DNA of 64,000 nt from Candidatus Hydrogenedens sp. (GTDB lineage Bacteria > Hydrogenedentota > Hydrogenedentia > Hydrogenedentales > Hydrogenedentaceae). The position numbers and the translations under genes are program-made. Where the stretch lies: NCBI GenBank assembly GCA_049968235.1, contig JBMFRC010000002.1, positions 160,001 through 224,000 of the forward strand. Reading direction: 5' to 3'. Below the pieces are notes generated by a model that had not been told where the DNA came from, did not search any database, and worked only from the letters and a program-made list of their open reading frames with translations. Below are positions 60,778-64,000 of this stretch, in pieces (the stretch's first letter is position 1; every line of letters starts with the position of its first letter).

Positions 60778-62187
60778 ATGTATTTCCTTTCTTTCATTCG
60801 TAAAATACCCATAGCCCGTGCTGTTATAGAACTAAATACAGCACCGCGAAAATATTTAGCATTTACTTCCTTCAATGTCATATCCTGGCAATGTATTGTA
60901 GGACCAGCAATGGTTCTATTTGCTCGTACCATTGGCATGCCAGCAGACCGTGTCGGTATTCTTATTTCCCTTTTACCTTTTACAACGCTCCTCGCTGTTT
61001 TTATGGTACCTCTTGTTACGCGCATTGGACCAAAAAACTTGATGTTATATACATGGCTCATACGAAATCTTATTATGCTTCCTATCTTTGCTATGCCGTT
61101 TGTTCTTGCTCAATTTGGCAATAAAGCAGGCTGGACTTTGTTAATAACACTCACATTAGGTTTCTGTCTGGCTCGCGCTTTCGGTGCAGGAGGATGGTTA
61201 CCATGGCTTCATGAGGTTGTCCCTTATGAACAACGCGGTCTTTATTTCAGTGCAGAAGCAGGCACAGTTCAACTTGTTAATGTCGCTATTTTACTTTCAC
61301 AGGGCTTCTTTTTAGGGAAAAGTCCGAAAGTAGGTCAGTTCCTCGTTATCTATGCAATTGGAATATTGGGAGGATTGTTAAGTTTATTCTGGATGGCTCG
61401 TGTCCCCGGGGGAAAAGGACGAAATATAACTATTCGATTGGCAGATTTTTACCTCCCTTATGGACCTGTTTTCAAAGATAAAACATATCTTCTGTTTTTA
61501 ATACCCGCTTTTCTGGCGTTAAGTGCTACCAATTGGTTCAGTTCTATTTATGTTCTCTATTTGAGAGACATTTTAAGGTTATCTGAAAGAAGTATCCTTA
61601 CGATAAGTTCATTAGGTAGTTTACTTATTATGTTAACTGCACCTGCGTGGGGACACTACTCCGACCGATTCGGAAGTTCCCCTGCTATACTTCGTGCATT
61701 ACTATGCCACGCCTTATTAGTAATACCTTTTATCGAATTCATTCCACGATACCCCTGGGTTTATTATCTGGCTCCTATCTTTGTCGTTTTAACAACAATT
61801 TTTTCTGCTGCATTCTGGACATCCATACATCGTGCTATGCTAAATATGGTCCCGGAAAATCAACGCATTTCTTATACAAACCTATGGACAGTTACTTCCG
61901 GACTGGCATTAGGTATAACTCCTATTATAGCAGGGCAGGTTATTTATCACCTTTCATGGCTTGGCTTTCAAATATGCTTCATCACCAGTGGTATATTGTG
62001 TCTTCTATCTTCTGTTCTTTGTTATGTTTCTATTAAAGAACAAAAAGACTATTCCAATCCACCTCTTATAGAGTTTCTTAACCCCAAAACAGCACTCATT
62101 GCTGTAATTGAAGGATTTTCTATCAGTTTCGGTTTTTCTCAAAATATGACGAAAACAAATCGTGAAAAGAATGGTGAAAATATCTAA
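60778..62187 (+). CDS. MFS transporter
   Basis: About 12 TM segments in a 6+6 arrangement. The stop of ltaE lies 4 nt upstream. Confidence 0.65.
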   Translation: MYFLSFIRKIPIARAVIELNTAPRKYLAFTSFNVISWQCIVGPAMVLFARTIGMPADRVGILISLLPFTTLLAVFMVPLVTRIGPKNLMLYTWLIRNLIMLPIFAMPFVLAQFGNKAGWTLLITLTLGFCLARAFGAGGWLPWLHEVVPYEQRGLYFSAEAGTVQLVNVAILLSQGFFLGKSPKVGQFLVIYAIGILGGLLSLFWMARVPGGKGRNITIRLADFYLPYGPVFKDKTYLLFLIPAFLALSATNWFSSIYVLYLRDILRLSERSILTISSLGSLLIMLTAPAWGHYSDRFGSSPAILRALLCHALLVIPFIEFIPRYPWVYYLAPIFVVLTTIFSAAFWTSIHRAMLNMVPENQRISYTNLWTVTSGLALGITPIIAGQVIYHLSWLGFQICFITSGILCLLSSVLCYVSIKEQKDYSNPPLIEFLNPKTALIAVIEGFSISFGFSQNMTKTNREKNGENI

Positions 62188-62430
62188 ACATCAACAAGGA
62201 GTATTATAGACAAGAATGGGGTGGATAAGACGGATAGAACAAAGTGAATATGGAAGCATTATTTCAAAGTTTATTGCTGAGTTTTCTATCAAGGTTATAT
62301 TTGTGAATATTTTTTCATTTTAATATAGACCTATTTACATAATAATTCTGATGAAATATATATTCATTTGTGATATTATGATAGTTGGCAAGTAAATCTG
62401 TAAAGCCGGTTATATTTAGGAGATAAAGCC

Positions 62431-62892
62431 ATGCCCAAGCAGAAAGGTAAAGAAGAAAAAAAAGAAAAAAGCCCGGAAATAGAAAAGTCATCGCAAAAAC
62501 AAGATTTGCGAGAGTTTACACGATGTAATATATGCTTGAAAGCCGAAGTCCGTCTTGCCAATGGTATCCTGTTAGAGGGAGAAACAGAAAATATCAGTAT
62601 GAAAGGTTTATGGTTCCGTACAGAAAAAACTTTCCCGAAAGATACCCCAGTGCGAATACATCTATATCTTTCTGGCACTACGGAAAAAGAGTCCTTAGAT
62701 ATTCGTGGTTTTGTAGTTCGTATCGAAGCAGATGGTATGGGTATCCGATTTGAAGAGATTGATTCAGATAGCGTAGAACATCTCCAACGATTACTTATGT
62801 ATAATGCCATAGAAATAGATAAGATACATCAAGAATTCGATGAACATCTGGGCTTAAAGAAATACAACAAGTCATTAACAATTGAACCCTAA
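62431..62892 (+). CDS. PilZ domain c-di-GMP-binding protein
   Basis: RxxxR (LREFTR) and D/NxSxxG (ENISMKG) motifs. It has a Lys/Glu-rich N-terminus. Confidence 0.7.
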   Translation: MPKQKGKEEKKEKSPEIEKSSQKQDLREFTRCNICLKAEVRLANGILLEGETENISMKGLWFRTEKTFPKDTPVRIHLYLSGTTEKESLDIRGFVVRIEADGMGIRFEEIDSDSVEHLQRLLMYNAIEIDKIHQEFDEHLGLKKYNKSLTIEP

Positions 62893-62916
62893 TTCAATCC
62901 TCAGGTTTCTATATAT

Positions 62917-64000
62917 ATGACAGTGCAGGGCAATCAGAAATATAATTGGATTGTCTTTACATTAAAGCCGTGGGCTTTGCAATATGGACAACAATATTTC
63001 CATACCCATTGTTATGTCCCGTTTTTACCAAAATTTTCGGAACTATCCCAAACACTTATTATTCCTCTATATTACACAATTACTGAACTTTTCCTATTGC
63101 CCATACTATTTACAAACAAGTTTCAAAAAAAATTAAAGGCAATAGTCCCTGCAGTTTTAATGGATAGTCCATTAGGGAACTATATTATCCAGAGAGGACT
63201 TGACAGTTATAACATCCAGAACGAACCACAAAATTGGGCGACGGACCTGCAACAGAAAGATACTTTCTTCTTATGGTTTCCTCGAAATGTATTTACCACC
63301 AAAGAAACCTGGATAAAATATCATTTAGGGTTGTTACCTTATGATGACCTATTAAATAAAATAGTTGAAGAATATACATTATTGTTTAATACAGAAACTC
63401 AACCTATTAGAAATCTCTACCTATTTAAATCTCATTTCTATCCCTCAATTTATAGTGAAAATCCATTAGAAACTATCTGTGGAATTTCTTATGAAGAATT
63501 AGCCTATGGAGTACTTAAAGAATTAAATATTAAAGATACTTTGCTGGATATCAATCATCTTTTAGAAGTAATTTTGCTGGAATACTCAAAATCAATAAAA
63601 AACCTTGTCTCCGTGGAAGAATCAAAAGACTTATTTAATAGATTTTATGAACAAAGTTCCCCTGATTTTGAAATTTTATTATTCAAACTTATTACAAATC
63701 TATTTCCAGTACGATATTCATGGAAAAATTTTTGCAATCGTTTTCTATCCCTCTTACAAAAAACTATAGAAACGCAAAATAGTCCGATTGTCGAACCACT
63801 TAAACTAATACACGAAAAAATCTCCACAGGAGAAAATTTTCCCGTGTGGGATAAAATTCTTGCTTTCTTCGAGGAACAAGGTTTATGTAAAAACTATCCC
63901 GAAGGTATTTCTATAAAATCTCGATATTCTTTCTGGAAACAACCCCAGATAGTATTACAATCTCTTTCTTCTTCTCACAATAGGACTTCAAACAAGGAAA
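62917..64000 (+). CDS. Hypothetical protein (3' partial, reading frame open to window end; absent from the ORF track because no stop lies inside the window)
   Basis: ATG at 62917 and at least 361 codons without a stop. Codon usage is like that of neighbouring genes. No recognisable domain. Confidence 0.4.
   Translation, partial: MTVQGNQKYNWIVFTLKPWALQYGQQYFHTHCYVPFLPKFSELSQTLIIPLYYTITELFLLPILFTNKFQKKLKAIVPAVLMDSPLGNYIIQRGLDSYNIQNEPQNWATDLQQKDTFFLWFPRNVFTTKETWIKYHLGLLPYDDLLNKIVEEYTLLFNTETQPIRNLYLFKSHFYPSIYSENPLETICGISYEELAYGVLKELNIKDTLLDINHLLEVILLEYSKSIKNLVSVEESKDLFNRFYEQSSPDFEILLFKLITNLFPVRYSWKNFCNRFLSLLQKTIETQNSPIVEPLKLIHEKISTGENFPVWDKILAFFEEQGLCKNYPEGISIKSRYSFWKQPQIVLQSLSSSHNRTSNKE

Overview
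This is an AT-rich bacterial chromosomal segment, and the gene content points to a PVC-group organism (Planctomycetota-like). The evidence is two tandem DUF1559 prepilin-like genes, a CE15 glucuronoyl esterase, a GH28 enzyme, a TAT-exported Gfo/Idh/MocA oxidoreductase, and a 1,355-aa beta-helix/HYR/Ig-like surface protein. Housekeeping genes are interspersed: a dnaG-rpoD operon followed by tRNA-Met(CAT), uvrB, mutY, rlmN, rpmB, an lptF/lptG-like pair, arfB, comM, ltaE and a PIG-L deacetylase. The most notable loci are: (1) a three-gene 2-hydroxyacyl-CoA dehydratase/benzoyl-CoA reductase-family cluster (subunit, ATPase activator, subunit) convergent with a B12-binding radical SAM gene whose B12 domain has no canonical start codon, plus an orphan glycyl-radical-enzyme activase elsewhere in the window; (2) an SDR-DegT fusion gene in which the SDR catalytic Tyr is replaced by Phe, next to a YvyF-like zinc-ribbon gene; (3) tandem DUF1559 pseudopilin paralogs behind an ~900-bp AT-rich leader, with the first copy frameshifted; (4) a decayed DNA methyltransferase gene with three in-frame stop codons and no frameshifts; (5) a GlpA/GlpD-diacylglycerol-kinase fusion; (6) an ECF sigma factor fused to a transmembrane C-terminal domain, beside a GGDEF cyclase and a PilZ protein. 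Most N-terminal extensions in the ORF track are TTG/GTG artefacts, and ATG starts with Shine-Dalgarno sequences were preferred. No CRISPR array, rRNA or obvious mobile element was seen.
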